Source of the DNA: the human T2T-CHM13v2.0 reference genome, Homo sapiens
Direction: 5' to 3' (one strand)
DNA length: 64,000 nt
NCBI RefSeq assembly: GCF_009914755.1
Contig: NC_060931.1
Shown: positions 12,706 through 24,590 of the stretch, in pieces
How positions within the stretch are numbered: position 1 is the first letter of the stretch
Layout: every line of letters begins with the position of its first letter
Position numbers and translations under genes: made by a program
Notes under the pieces: model-generated
Told to the model about the DNA's origin: nothing
Database searches by the model: none
Seen by the model: the letters and a program-made list of their open reading frames with translations, nothing else

Positions 12706-13107
12706 TTGCGCAGGATGCCTTCATCTGCTGCTCGCAGATACCCAGGAGCCAAGATGAATTTTCTTCTTTGGCCAACCTGAATATTCAGAAGTGTCTTGTG
12801 AATGCCCCCTCAAGTCAGCTCCCACCTGCTTTTCATTAGTTTATTCACTTTTTTAGGGCAACTTATATTTTGTCCACTTCTCCTTGCTTTTTCTTTCATA
12901 GGCATTTTTGTGACCTTTCCTTTGTCTTATTCCAAAATGTTAACTCTAGTTCCTACGATAAGCTCTCTGAGTTCTGAAACTCCATAGAACTTGCTCATAA
13001 TCTCAGATCATGCATTCATTATAGCAGTTATGTCTTTATATACTCATGTTTGATCTCTCTTTCTAGAGGACAGAATCCTCCCCTTTCCCCCGCATATCCT
13101 CAATGAT

Positions 13108-13256
13108 CCAGCATTTCTCAAAGTGCCACCCTGACCACGTGCATCGAAATAACCTGAGGGTATTTTTCATAAAACATATTTATAGCATCCTTTCCAGAAT
13201 CTCCAGGTCCAGAATCTCAACTTTGCATATTAACAAGTAATCTAGGAGATGGCTAT
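13108..13256. mobile_element. MER5-family fragment
   Basis: cagcatttctcaaagtg...gcatcgaaataacctg...gaatctc...ttaacaag. Confidence 0.6.
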
Positions 13257-13329
13257 AAAACACAATTAGCATACAGGATAAAAGGAAATAACTAACCTTT
13301 TAAAACTATTTATTTTTGTTCCAAGGGTT

Positions 13330-13640
13330 TTCTACATTTTAGCAGATTTAATGAAAAAGGTATTACTATCCTGAATTTATAGATGAGAAATTGAGAATTA
13401 GAAAGTGTGAAACATAGTCTTTGGAGGATGGCCAGGGTTTAAATCTCTAATTAATTACTCAACAGCTATGTGAATTAGGGTCAAGTTACCAACATTTCTG
13501 TGCTTCAGTTTCTTCTTTCAAAGTAGGAATAAAAATGGCAGCTATCTTGTGCAAGTGTTAGGAGGGCTAAATGAGATGAGAAAGCTGTGAGAAAAATGCC
13601 GAACACATGATAGTCCTCAGCAAATCTTAGCTTGTGAGAC
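13330..13640. mobile_element. Two MIR fragments (minus about 13330-13410, plus about 13410-13640)
   Basis: tttatagatgagaaattgag; tctgtgcttcagtttcttc...ggctaaatgagat. Confidence 0.65.
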
Positions 13641-13688
13641 TACTGAATCCCACACTAAGCGATAGTGGAATTGGGGTTTATCTTGGAC

Positions 13689-14232
13689 CAGGACTCGGAA
13701 ACTTATTTTAAAGGACTAGAGAGTAAATATGTTAGGCTTTGCAGGTTACATAGTCTGTCTTAAGTACTCAACTTCAATCCTGTATCAGGAAAGCAGCCAT
13801 TGACAAAATGTAAAAAAAAGAAAAAAAAAGAAAGAAAGAAAATCCGTGTGGATATATCCCCATAAACTTCATTTATGGTGAGAAATTTATGCATTGATGT
13901 ACTCTTCTTAGGAGTTACTAGCCCCTTAAAGCCATGAGTTTGTAATTATCCTTCTTTTTATAATCATGCAATTTATTACCTATTTCCTGCTAGGTATTAC
14001 AAAATTCTGAGCTAGCCACAGGCACTTTGCTTAATCAAATATTCATAAACTAAAAAAAACTTTATTTATGGACACTAAAATTTGAATTTCATATAATATT
14101 CACATCATTAAATGTTGCCATGATTTTTTAAATCATTAAATAATACAAAAAAAGTATTCTTAGCTCCCAGGCCATTCAAAAACAAGTAGTTGGCCATATT
14201 TGGACAGAAGACTATAGTCTGCAGAACCCCTA
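13689..14232 (+). mobile_element. MER58B split by a 178-bp insertion
   Basis: gtaaatatgttaggctttgcagg...aaacttcatttatgg [insert] aaactttatttatggacactaaaatttgaatttcat...ctatagtctgcagaacccct. Confidence 0.85.
13879..14056 (+). other. TSD-flanked insertion of unrecognised sequence with a short A tail
   Basis: 15-bp TSD at 13864-13878 and 14057-14071 (14/15 identical); ends cataaactaaaaa. Confidence 0.7.
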
Positions 14233-14789
14233 CCTTCACATATCAGATTTGAAAGCTTTTGATACCTCATAGTTGCCTACTAAACCTTGAATGCAATGGC
14301 TATTCAGTTATTTAATTGGTTAATACAAGATGATTTCCAAGGTTTCTGCTCAGTATCTGAATGCCAGAAAGAAATTATTAAAGTGGAATCCCTTATCACT
14401 TCTTGGTTTTGTATCCTTTGAAACTACTTAAATTCTATCTCAACTTTTAATTTGTTAATCCCCTCGTCTTCCTACCTGCATCAGCCCCTTTTCCTGTTAT
14501 GCTCAAATCCACATCCAAAAATCAAGATGATGATGCATTATAATTACCTTTATAACTTTGTCAATCACTTTTTCTCGCCTTCAATTAATCCACAAAAGAG
14601 AACTTTTAGAGACTAAGTCTGGCATTGTCTAATCGGACTGGAGATTTGCTTCTTTTAGGCATATTGATTGTACAGCTTGCCCCACTTTTTGAGATATCCT
14701 TCCATTAAATTCTAGTCAAGACATTAAAAGCAGGATCTGCTGGCAACAATTACTGGTGAAACCAGCATAATATAATAAAAAGCTTATAT

Positions 14790-15035
14790 GTAGGATGAAT
14801 AAGTATAAAGATCCAATGTATAACATAAAGACTAAAGTTGATAAAGTTGTATTTTATTAGGGATTGTTGTTAATCAAGTAGATTTTAGCTGCTCTTGTCA
14901 CCTTAAAAAGTAACTGTGAAATAATAGATATGATAGTCTGCTTCATTACTATAACCATTTTGCCATCTATATGTATCCTATAACATCATGTTGTAAGCCT
15001 CAAACGTATACAATAAAATTTATGTTTTCAAAAAA
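14790..15035 (+). mobile_element. L1MB(1/2-like) 3' end
   Basis: gtaggatgaataagt...gtagattttagctgctcttgtcacc...cctataacatcatgttgtaagcctcaaa...caataaaattt. Confidence 0.8.
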
Positions 15036-15497
15036 GTCTTATGAATTAATTTAGTACTATGTAACCCATACTGGGGAATGGACAGACAGAGGGATAGAAC
15101 ATTAACAAGACATATGGTTGCCAGAACATCATTTGGCTATTGTTAGTCCATTTAAATAATATTTGGATAATTCTAGGTTAATTATTAAATACAGATGTGA
15201 TTGAGACACTTAAATGTAACAGTACACAAAAGATTACAATTAGTTCTGAGGCAGAAAAAAAATGCAGCGACACCTTAACAAGTCAGATATGACACACATT
15301 TTAAAAATAAACTTCAGAACTAGACCTTGGGGCACTCTTGACGTCCCCACAGCCCTGCGCCCCTCGTCCCTTTTCATGTCTCCTGGAGGTCGGCAAGCTG
15401 CAGTTGCAGCAATCTCATTTAAATTTAGGTAGTTGAATTTTTTAGAATTAAGTTTTATATGTTTTGAGCAATAAATTGTCTTAAGATATATATTTTA

Positions 15498-16960
15498 GGT
15501 TACTTCCAAGATGGCCAAATAGGAACAGCTCCAGTCTACAGCTCCCAGTAAGATTGACGCAGAAGATGGGTGATTTCTGCATTTCCAACTGAGGTACTTG
15601 GTTCATCTCATTGGGACTGGTTGGACAGTGGGTGCAGCCCATGGAGGGTGAGCCAAAGCAGGGAGGGGTGTTGCCTCACCCGGAAAGTGCAAGGGGTAGG
15701 GGGATTTCCCTTTCCTAGCCAAGGGAAGCCATGAGTGACTTACCTGGAGGAACGGTACACTCCTGCCCAAATACTGCACTTTTCCCATGGTCTTCGCAAC
15801 CAGCAGACCAGATTTCCTCCCATGCCTGGCTTGGCAGGTCCCATGCCCACAGAGCCTTGCTCACTGCTATGTCAGCAGTCTGAGATCAACCTGGGAAGCT
15901 GGAGCTTGGCAGGGGGAGGGGCATCTGCCATTGCTGAGGTTGAGTAGGCAGTTCTATGCTCACAGTGTAAACAAAGCCACAGGGAAGCCCAAACTGGGTG
16001 GAGCCCACTGCAGCTCAGCAAGGCCTACTGCCTCTCTAGATTCCACCTCTGGGGGCAGGGCATATCTGAACAAAAGGCAGCAGACAGCTTCTGCAGACTT
16101 AAACATCCCTGCCTGACAGCTCTGAAGAGAACAGTGGTTCTCCCAGCACAGCGTTCGAGCTCCAATAATGGACAGACTGCCTCCTCCAGTGGGTCCCTGA
16201 CCCCTGTGTAGCCTGACTGGGAGACACTTCCCAGTAGGGGCCAACAGACACCTCATACAGGCAGGTGCCCCTCTTGGACAAAGCTTCCAGAGGAAGGGTC
16301 AGGCAACATTATTTGCTATTCTGCAGCCTCCGCTGGTGATACCCAGGCAAACAGGGTCTGGAGTGGACCTCCAGCAAACTCCAACAGACCTGCAGCTGAG
16401 GGGCCTGTGTGTTAGAAGGAAAACTAACAAACAGAAAGGAACACCATCAACATCAACAAAAAGGACATCCACACCAAGACCCCATCCGTAGGTCACCAAC
16501 ATCGAAGACCAAAGGTAGATAAAACCACAAAGATGGGGAGAAACCAGAGCAGAAAGACTGAAAATTCCAAAAACCAGAACACCTGTTCTCCTCCAAAGGA
16601 ACACAACTCCTCACCAGCAAGGGAAAAAAACTGGAGAATGAGTTTGATGAGTTGACAGAAGTAGGCTTCAAAAGGTCAGTAATAACAAACTTCTCCGAGC
16701 TAAAGGAGCATGTTCTAACCCATGGCAAGCAAGCTAAAAACCTGGAAAAAAGGTTAGATGAATGGCTAACTAGAATAACCAGTGTGGAGAAGTGTTTAAA
16801 TGACCTGATGGAGCTGAAAACCAGTTCGAGAACTTTGTGAAGCATACACAAGCTTCAATAGCTGACTCAATCAAGTGGAAGAAAGGATATCAGTGATTGA
16901 AGATCAAATTAATGAAATAAAGTGAGAAGACAAGATTAGAGAAAAAAGAGTGAAAATAAC
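15498..16960 (+). mobile_element. L1PA7/8-like complete 5'UTR plus ORF1 start (ATG 16533), 3'-truncated
   Basis: ttccaagatggccaaataggaacagctcc start; ORF1 remnant TNFSELKEHV...LDEWLTRITSVEKCLNDLMELK; stops at agagaaaaaagagtgaaaataac. Confidence 0.93.
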
Positions 16961-18059
16961 TAGACATTTTTTAAGTGGAATGTCAGCTTTTCCTCTTATT
17001 TTAGAGAAAAGATGAGGGTACACTTTTCCATGAACAATCTGAATCTCTGCTTCTCTGGGAGCATTGTGCTGTCATTTCAGCAGTGCCATTACCAACCCAT
17101 TAATAGGTCTTTTGATTAAACTTCTGTCCCTGAAAATTCCCAGTGCATCATCCAAAAATCAAAAGCCAGGATGATTTTATACCTCTGAAATATCTTGATT
17201 TTGTTAGCACAGAATATTTAAAAATGGCCTCTGCCTGTCTCATTAGACATAGCCTTAAATGAGTAGCTTTTATATGATAATCATAATGAATACTAAAACC
17301 TCAGCAAGGAATTATAAATACACCTATGTCTTTTTCTTCACATTTTCATCCAATGTAATAGAAGGATTACCAAGAAAAACACTGAAATCAACATTTAAAA
17401 ATTTCCTTTTCACGGCATTCCTTCTGTAGTCTAAAAATCACTGGGCTAGGACTCAAGGCCTAAATTCAAATCATTGTTCCATCTCCTGTTGGGCCCTCAT
17501 TTACTATGTTTTTATGGGGTGACCAACTTTAAGTGTTATTATTGATATCCTAGAATATTTTGTGATACCTTCATTAAGCACCTCATCTTAACATATGGAG
17601 TAATAATTCCTCTACTCATTTTCCCTAGTCATGTTACTTACCTATGAATAATCTTCTGTACTCCCCTGACTTTCTGTCCTTCTGTCTAATTAAAGAGCAG
17701 GTAAAGGAAGTGTTCCTGAATGATACTAGGCAGAAAGGATGCCGGACTCAACATTTAGGCTGATAGATGTAAAAAAAAAAAATAGAGGTGGAGTTTGTTA
17801 TTCTCAGTCCTGACTGAATGCCATCTGGGTCAAGATGGAAGAACAGAAACAATAAATAGGCCAATAAATATTCCAAATCCTAACGTCCTCTGCAGAACTT
17901 TTTCCTGAATTAACTTTATTTTGACCAAAAGTGTCTTATCCTCTAGACACATGGCCACAGCTCCTCAATTCATCCTGCTCAATTAACCAAGCATCTGCCT
18001 ACAATAAGCACAATACAGATGACATTTACTTCAATACCTTGAATTATAGTTGAATCAAC

Positions 18060-18175
18060 CATAATCTCTGAATCTTCAGGGGCAAAAATTATGTTTGTTT
18101 CATCTTTGCATTCATGTCATATTCATTGACATATCATTGATCATCAAAAACATTTTGTTGGCTGAATGAATAAAC
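18060..18175 (+). mobile_element. L2 3' end
   Basis: cttcaggggcaaaaattatg...aaacattttgttggctgaatgaat. Confidence 0.6.
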
Positions 18176-19924
18176 ATATCAGCTCACCCATTCAGACCAA
18201 TAAAAACTATTTGACTGACTAATTCATGATTTGACTGCACTGCCTTGCTGGCTTGATTATTTTTCCCTAAACAAGTCAGACAGAGTGTTTTGATCTGGTG
18301 TGCGTATTTAGACAAAGACTCAGAAGATCTGAGCTAGTCTCTGGCCCATTCTAAGGAGTACTGGATCATGCCTAACACTGTGTCTACTTCTCTCAAATTC
18401 ATATTCCTTACCATTATTACAAAGTTAATAACGGGAATACAAAACAGATCATTACATTTCCTGCAGGCATAATAAAGGTGCCTATTTTCATGCCTGTAGG
18501 CAGGTAACTAATTACTATTTCATTTTTCTTCTGAGTTCTTCAAAATATACCATAGGCTTTACTTTATTGGTTTTTGGTTTCCTTGTTACAGACAAAATGT
18601 TTCAGTAGCATGGATGGAATGAAATTTGCCCAAGGACAGGCATTAGAACTCAGGTGTCCTGGTTTTCAATTCAATGTTTCTTCCTACTTAAAAAAAAAAA
18701 AAATAGGAAAAATCTGCTTTTTCTACAACCAGAGATGCCTGAAATAAAACAGTGGATTTTTTAAAATTTTATTTGAACAATTGTGCTAAGCTGAGAAATT
18801 ATTATACGTGGAGGCTCATGATTCCTTTAAATTTCAAAATGATTTCAGGTTTCTCAATATTTATAAAACTGGTATTATTATTCTCCTCTTGCTTTTTAAA
18901 TAACAGGCCAAACAAAACATAAGATTATCTCTCTCCATCGACAGATTATATGACCCTTTCTAGGAAACATAAATCCATAATAATCAATTAATGCTAATAT
19001 TGTAACTTTGCATAGAGCTTTGTTTGTTATAAGTAATACAAAAGTATTAAACATAAGGGTATAGTCACCATGGTTTATTTATACATATGGCAAAAGAGAA
19101 CCATATACATATAAATAAACCCCTGTGACCAAGACATAGCTGACATATCGTAGCTAAACCAAACTGCTATTTTGAGCCTTGTCTTTTTCTGACATAATCC
19201 AGGTTTGACAAATGACCAGATTTATTCACAGGACTTAGTTTTGTTTCAGAAGAGCAAAACATCTTCAAAATGATATATTGGCATGTTTTCAGAAACTACA
19301 GACTAAAATTGAAATTTATAAATTAATAAATTACTGTTTTATAAATCTTACATTTTCCAAGAAATGATTTACCAGGATGTTGAGGATCTGGAATCCCTCA
19401 TACAATGACACTTTCATTGTCATATTTTAACCTCTAAAAACATATCCTATTTCAGCTATGCAGATTTGAAGATGGTCACTTAGTATTCTGCCTTATTTTT
19501 AGAATAAGTTTCAGTAAGTTTCTTCAGGGATGCTAGCCATAAATATATACTTCAAAGTCACTGCTATTGATTAAGAAACATAACGTCTTATCAGAAAGAA
19601 TAGTATGAGGCTGTCATCCAAGAAGAACTTTTCACAAACTAACATTCCACAAAAATTGGAGCCAAACTGTGAACCAACCACCTGAATCCAGGTGGATCCA
19701 GCTTACAAAGTCACTGCTTGGCTCTTGCTGCCTTCTCAGCACTGTCTGCTTTCTGTTTCCTCCATATGGAGTTAATAAGTGCTAGCTAGTAAATTCTGGA
19801 TGCAAATCAGAGTAAGAGGAGATTATTTTTCACCTTGAGCAGAAGCATATTCAGTAGGAAGCCAGTAGGTATTCTGACACACCACGATATTATAACTTGT
19901 CCAACCTTTATTAGGGCACCCAGA

Positions 19925-20066
19925 GCATCCAGCTCTGACTGGAATTAGCTGTGTGACCTTGGATTGATCACATAATTTATCTGAACAGTTTATCCATCTT
20001 TTTCTATGCATAATAATGCCTACTTCCTCACAGAATTGTGTTATTAATGCAGTGAGCTAATGCAGA
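19925..20066 (+). mobile_element. MIR interrupted by MER39
   Basis: tagctgtgtgaccttgg...cctcacagaattgtg...gtgagctaatgca, resuming after 20702. Confidence 0.75.
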
Positions 20067-20698
20067 TGTGATCTGAGATATCCCCTTATCGACTAAGACA
20101 GATCCGAAAGTTAGGGAAACAAAACTTACTTACAGGTGGAGAGTTCAGGGCTCAGCTGGTATGGTAAATTCCTAAATTCCTAAGGCTATAAGAAAAGTCA
20201 CACTCTTGCTAAACTCCCCACAAATAGGAGCTATCAGACCCCTCCTAGTTCTTATATACAACCCAGATTGCTACAATTATGATGCTTGGACAGAGAACTG
20301 GCCTTACAAACAGTCCTTTCTGATAAGCAACTAAAGATCTTAAGACAGTTTCAGCCAACTTATTGAGGCTCTCCACGAACTGCACATTTTAGTGCTAAAA
20401 CCCTGCCCCAAAGTGAACATAGGACATGCATTACATATATGTTTACCCATTGCACGTGCACTTGGCTGCCATCATGAATATGTATAGCTTTTCCCCCAAA
20501 TCTACTGAATGTATATGATTCTATTGTGTGATACAGGCCCTGTGAGGCATGAAAACCCAAACTGCCCCTTCCCTCCTTGAAGAGAAATCACCTTCCAGCA
20601 CCTGCTGGAGATTGTCTCTTCCCAGTTTGCAAACAGTTATTGCCAAATAAAGCTCTCTTTTCTACTGTTTAGCCATCCTGGTGGTCTTTTGGACAACA
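20067..20698 (+). mobile_element. MER39-family ERV1 solo LTR
   Basis: TG...CA termini, aataaagctctc poly(A) signal, end tagccatcctggtggtcttttggacaaca; TSD caga/cagg. Confidence 0.85.
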
Positions 20699-22419
20699 CA
20701 GGTAAAACTGCTGTACAAGGATAAAGGTGTTATGCAAACATCTAGGTGATAGTTTCCTACAGAATACTGGGTTCAGTTTCCACATATATCCCTCAAGAGA
20801 AAGTGAAAGAATACAGAAATTAAAAGCTCTGTGATAACTTTGACATTTTCTAATGTAATATATTTCTTTCATAAACAAAGAAACAGAGACCCAGAGTGAT
20901 TAAATTCTTTATCTAAAAATCACAGAACTCTACAGTGGTATAACTGACAGTAAAATGCAAATCCTTTGATGCCCACATCAATGCTTGGTTAAGATAGCTC
21001 ATCCTAGCCTCATAGTCCAGCATACTTTGTTTCCAAAATATTGACATATTTTTGTAACAATAAACTATCCTTCATATAGCTTCTCTGACATTTGATAGGA
21101 ATAAAGTCAACTTCATAAGCAAATTAAAATCAAGAAATGTGTTGTACATAATAAATACAATTTTATTTGTCAATTAAAAATTAATTTTAAAAGAGAAATG
21201 ATGGAATTCGGGCACCAAAAGAAAAGGGAGAGATTAAAAAAGGGTAGTTAAAAGTTTATCAGAATACAAGTACTACTGCATCACTTTTCAGAAACACAAC
21301 AAAATACAAGATCAGTACAAAGAAATGCTCTTCTCTAAGTTGTAGCCAACAGATGACTTACAGAATTTGTTTTTCTTATCTTTGTGGATCATGATAAAAA
21401 TTTATTTATTCAGCCTGTAAAAAGAGAGATACCTAAAATATATGAGGAAGGCAGTCATTATCTTTTTAATTCTGTGAGTTTCTGCCCAGAGGTACTTCCC
21501 ACTCCTACATATACACATAGGAGTATAGTGAGGGGACTAAATATATGGGGAGATTTTCAGTACAGCTATCCTGTTAGTCTCCCTTCTGTCTCTCCCACAG
21601 TAAATAAAACACAAATGCTATTATGTTTCTTTATCAACACAAATATATCTAGAGCAACTAACAAAAATAGTCTATAATACTGGAGATATTTTTTCCTTTG
21701 GTGGCATGAGATCGTTTTTAAATGTTTTCTTTTCCTCACTTTTTCTTTTCCCTAGATAATACCTTCTGTTCAAGTATGTGATTCCATGTCTTAAAATACA
21801 GAGATTATACCATGTGATTCTTTAATTATTAATTTGTTTGTTATAGTGTTAATAATACCCAGGCCAGAGATATTCAAACAATTCCATGCTGCCAGTATAA
21901 GCATAGGAAGTGATACATTCTCTAAATTGATTTATACCCAGAAACATAATGTGAGCAATTCAGTAAATCCCACTGGGAATTCTGAAGCTAAGCTTTTGAT
22001 TGTCAATATGTCTTAGAAACAAGAGTTTTCATATCATCTATTAAAATATCATGTAAACATCAATGAAAGTAAATATTATACAGTCTAAATTTTTCCAAAC
22101 AATAGAATGAGAGAATATTTTTGTAGACCTTTAAGTCATACTTCAATATTTTAGATAAGATTAAAATAGTCTATTTTAGCCAGAAATTTAAGCCACATAA
22201 TTACAAATTTAGCACTCACATATTAAACAAAGGAAGTGGTTAATACATTTGCTGTTTTACATTAAACATGCAACTTAATTCAAGTAAATTGAAAAATGTA
22301 CATTTTAATGTCATCAGTCAATTTTCCAGGTCATTTCATTTCTAACATCTTTCTTAGTGACATTTGTGTTACTCTGTCTTGTTTGTCATCTACACATTTA
22401 TCTCAAAGGTGATATTCTG

Positions 22420-22700
22420 GCATAGGAGAGAGTGTGCAGACTGTGGGAGGAAACATATTTGAGTTTAAGTCACAGACCTAACACTTAGTAATGGTGTTAC
22501 CTTGAAATACAATGTTTCATAGGTGTTACCTAAGAAATACAATGTTACTCTATTTCATTGAGCTTCAGTTTCACATCTTGAAATGGGGATAAACTACCTC
22601 CCAGATTTGTTGTGAGAATTACATGACATGAAACACTGACCACAGCATCTGACAAAACCTACATAAAGGTGCTCAGTAGGGGGAACCATAATTGTTACCT
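22420..22700 (+). mobile_element. MIR SINE
   Basis: gagcttcagtttcacatcttgaaatggggata...gttgtgagaattacatgac. Confidence 0.75.
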
Positions 22701-23124
22701 CCTTCACTGTGTCATGTCATGGGCGTTAAAGGATGATACCTTGTTCCTTGTTGGACCAGCTAAACTCATAGCATGTCACCTTTCTAAATAATGGTTAAAT
22801 TGAATACAATTAAGCTTCTCAGCTGACAGAGTTAAAGTACTCTAGAGTTATATTGGTTAAGAAGAAAATGTTAGAACAAAATAGAGAAACACAAAAACAC
22901 GAAAGAGAAAACACTACTTACCAATAATACCAAAAGTAAAAGTACAAACTTGCTAAAAGCAAAAGAAAGTAACATATATAAACTCAGGTATATCATTTTT
23001 GCCTACACATTTAACAGACATTTTCTAAAATTATAAAACACAAAATAAATGAAACTATGACAAAGTAGACACACACACAGTGCTAGGGACATATGGTCAA
23101 GCCTTCTAAAAAACAAGTTGAAGG

Positions 23125-23130
<6 letters not shown>

Positions 23131-23185
<55 letters not shown>

Positions 23186-23535
23186 GAGAGAGAGAATGTG
23201 TATATATGTGTATATATAGAGAGAGAATGTGTGTGTATATATGTGTATATATAGAGGATGTGTGTGTATATATGCATATATACATAGAGAATGTGTGTGT
23301 ATATATGTGTATATATAGAGAGAGAGAATGTGTGTATATATGTGTATATATAGAGAGAGGATGTGTGTGTATATATGTATATATATAGAGAGAGAGAATG
23401 TGTGTGTGTATATATAGAGAGAGAGAATGTATGTATATATGTGTATATATAGAGGATGTGTGTGTATATATATAGAATGTGTGTGTACATATGTATACAT
23501 ATATACACACATATATATACATATATCACACACAC
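23131..23535. repeat. (AT)25 microsatellite followed by a compound minisatellite of about 30-37 bp units, (AG)n-(A/G)ATG-(TG)n-(TA)n
   Basis: Pure AT run 23131-23180; 10 monomers between about 23185 and 23490. Confidence 0.95.
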
Positions 23536-23551
23536 AATATGACATAAATGC

Positions 23552-23979
23552 TGTGCTAGCAAATTTTATGTGTACTGTTTGAATCATGGGATGCCCAGAT
23601 ATCTGGTTAAACATTAATTCTGGGTGTGTCTGTGAGGATGTTTCTGGGAGATTAGCATTGAATTGGCAGACTAAATAAAGAGAATTGTCCTCCCCAATGT
23701 GGGCAGGCACTATCCAGTCCACTGCAGATCTGAATGGAACAAAAAGATAGAGGAAGGGAAGATTCTCTAGTTTTCTGCCTGACTGCTTGAGCTTCAGGTG
23801 CTGCCAGTGCTTCTAGTTTGCAGGCCCTCAGATTCAGACTGGAATTTACACCACTGACTCTCGGGCTCTCATGCTTTCAAAGTACAACACTGGCTTTTCT
23901 GCGTTTCCAGCTAGCAGATGGCAGATTGTGGCACTTCTCAGCTTCCATAAATCATGTGAACCAATACCTTATAATAAAT

Positions 23980-24029
<50 letters not shown>

Positions 24030-24082
24030 TTTGTGTGTGTGTCCCACTGGTTGCGCTTCTCTGGAGAAGCCTGACTGATACA
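23552..24082 (+). mobile_element. MLT2 (B/C-type) ERVL solo LTR with internal (TG)n
   Basis: gatgcccagatatctggttaaacatt...cttctctggagaagcctgactgataca; (TG) run at about 23983-24028. Confidence 0.9.
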
Positions 24083-24319
24083 AATATCTTCAGACTTTTG
24101 ACCTATTATCTAACATTTTGAATTATTCTCTAAGCTTTTCTAACATTTTATTTCTAAAATTTGAAAACTGTTATATTAATGGAAAATCTCCCTCAATGCA
24201 TAAATTGTCACACAAAGGTGATAATAACTTATGCCCAACAATGGAAGAATGGTACAGTAAATTTTTCATTATTCATTGATTATATATTTAATGAAACTTA
24301 CATTTTTCAGAAGCCATTT

Positions 24320-24590
24320 TAAGGGCTACGAATACAATAGTAAATAAGGCAGAGAAGTCCCTGCTGTCATGGAACTTATATTTTCAAAGAGAAAAGATAG
24401 AAATTATATAAGTAAAATTATTTATTATAGGACTAATTACTGTGAATGTAATTATTTTGTGAAGGATAATATGATAGAAAGTTGGGGACAAGGAGGAAGA
24501 CTAATATAGATTAAATGATTTAGGAAGGTTATGTTTGATTTGAGACTTGAATAACAGTCAACTAGGCTGCTCTGTGAAGTTCTCTAGAAT
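24320..24590 (-). mobile_element. L2 fragment
   Basis: atacaatagtaaataaggcagagaagtccctgctgtcatggaacttatatt...tgagacttgaataac. Confidence 0.65.

Noticed and set aside
15603-16851. Cluster of overlapping 60-132 aa ORFs
   Set aside because: All lie within the L1PA 5'UTR/ORF1; ORF1 is frameshifted and ORF0 stops at codon 20.
23185-23490. Regularly spaced ~33-bp units as a CRISPR-like array
   Set aside because: No unique spacers, the units are dinucleotide runs, the context is eukaryotic and there are no cas genes.
23083-23722. Longest ORFs in the track (138-197 aa, Y/I/H/T-rich)
   Set aside because: Translations of the TA/TG/AG microsatellite and MLT2, not genes.
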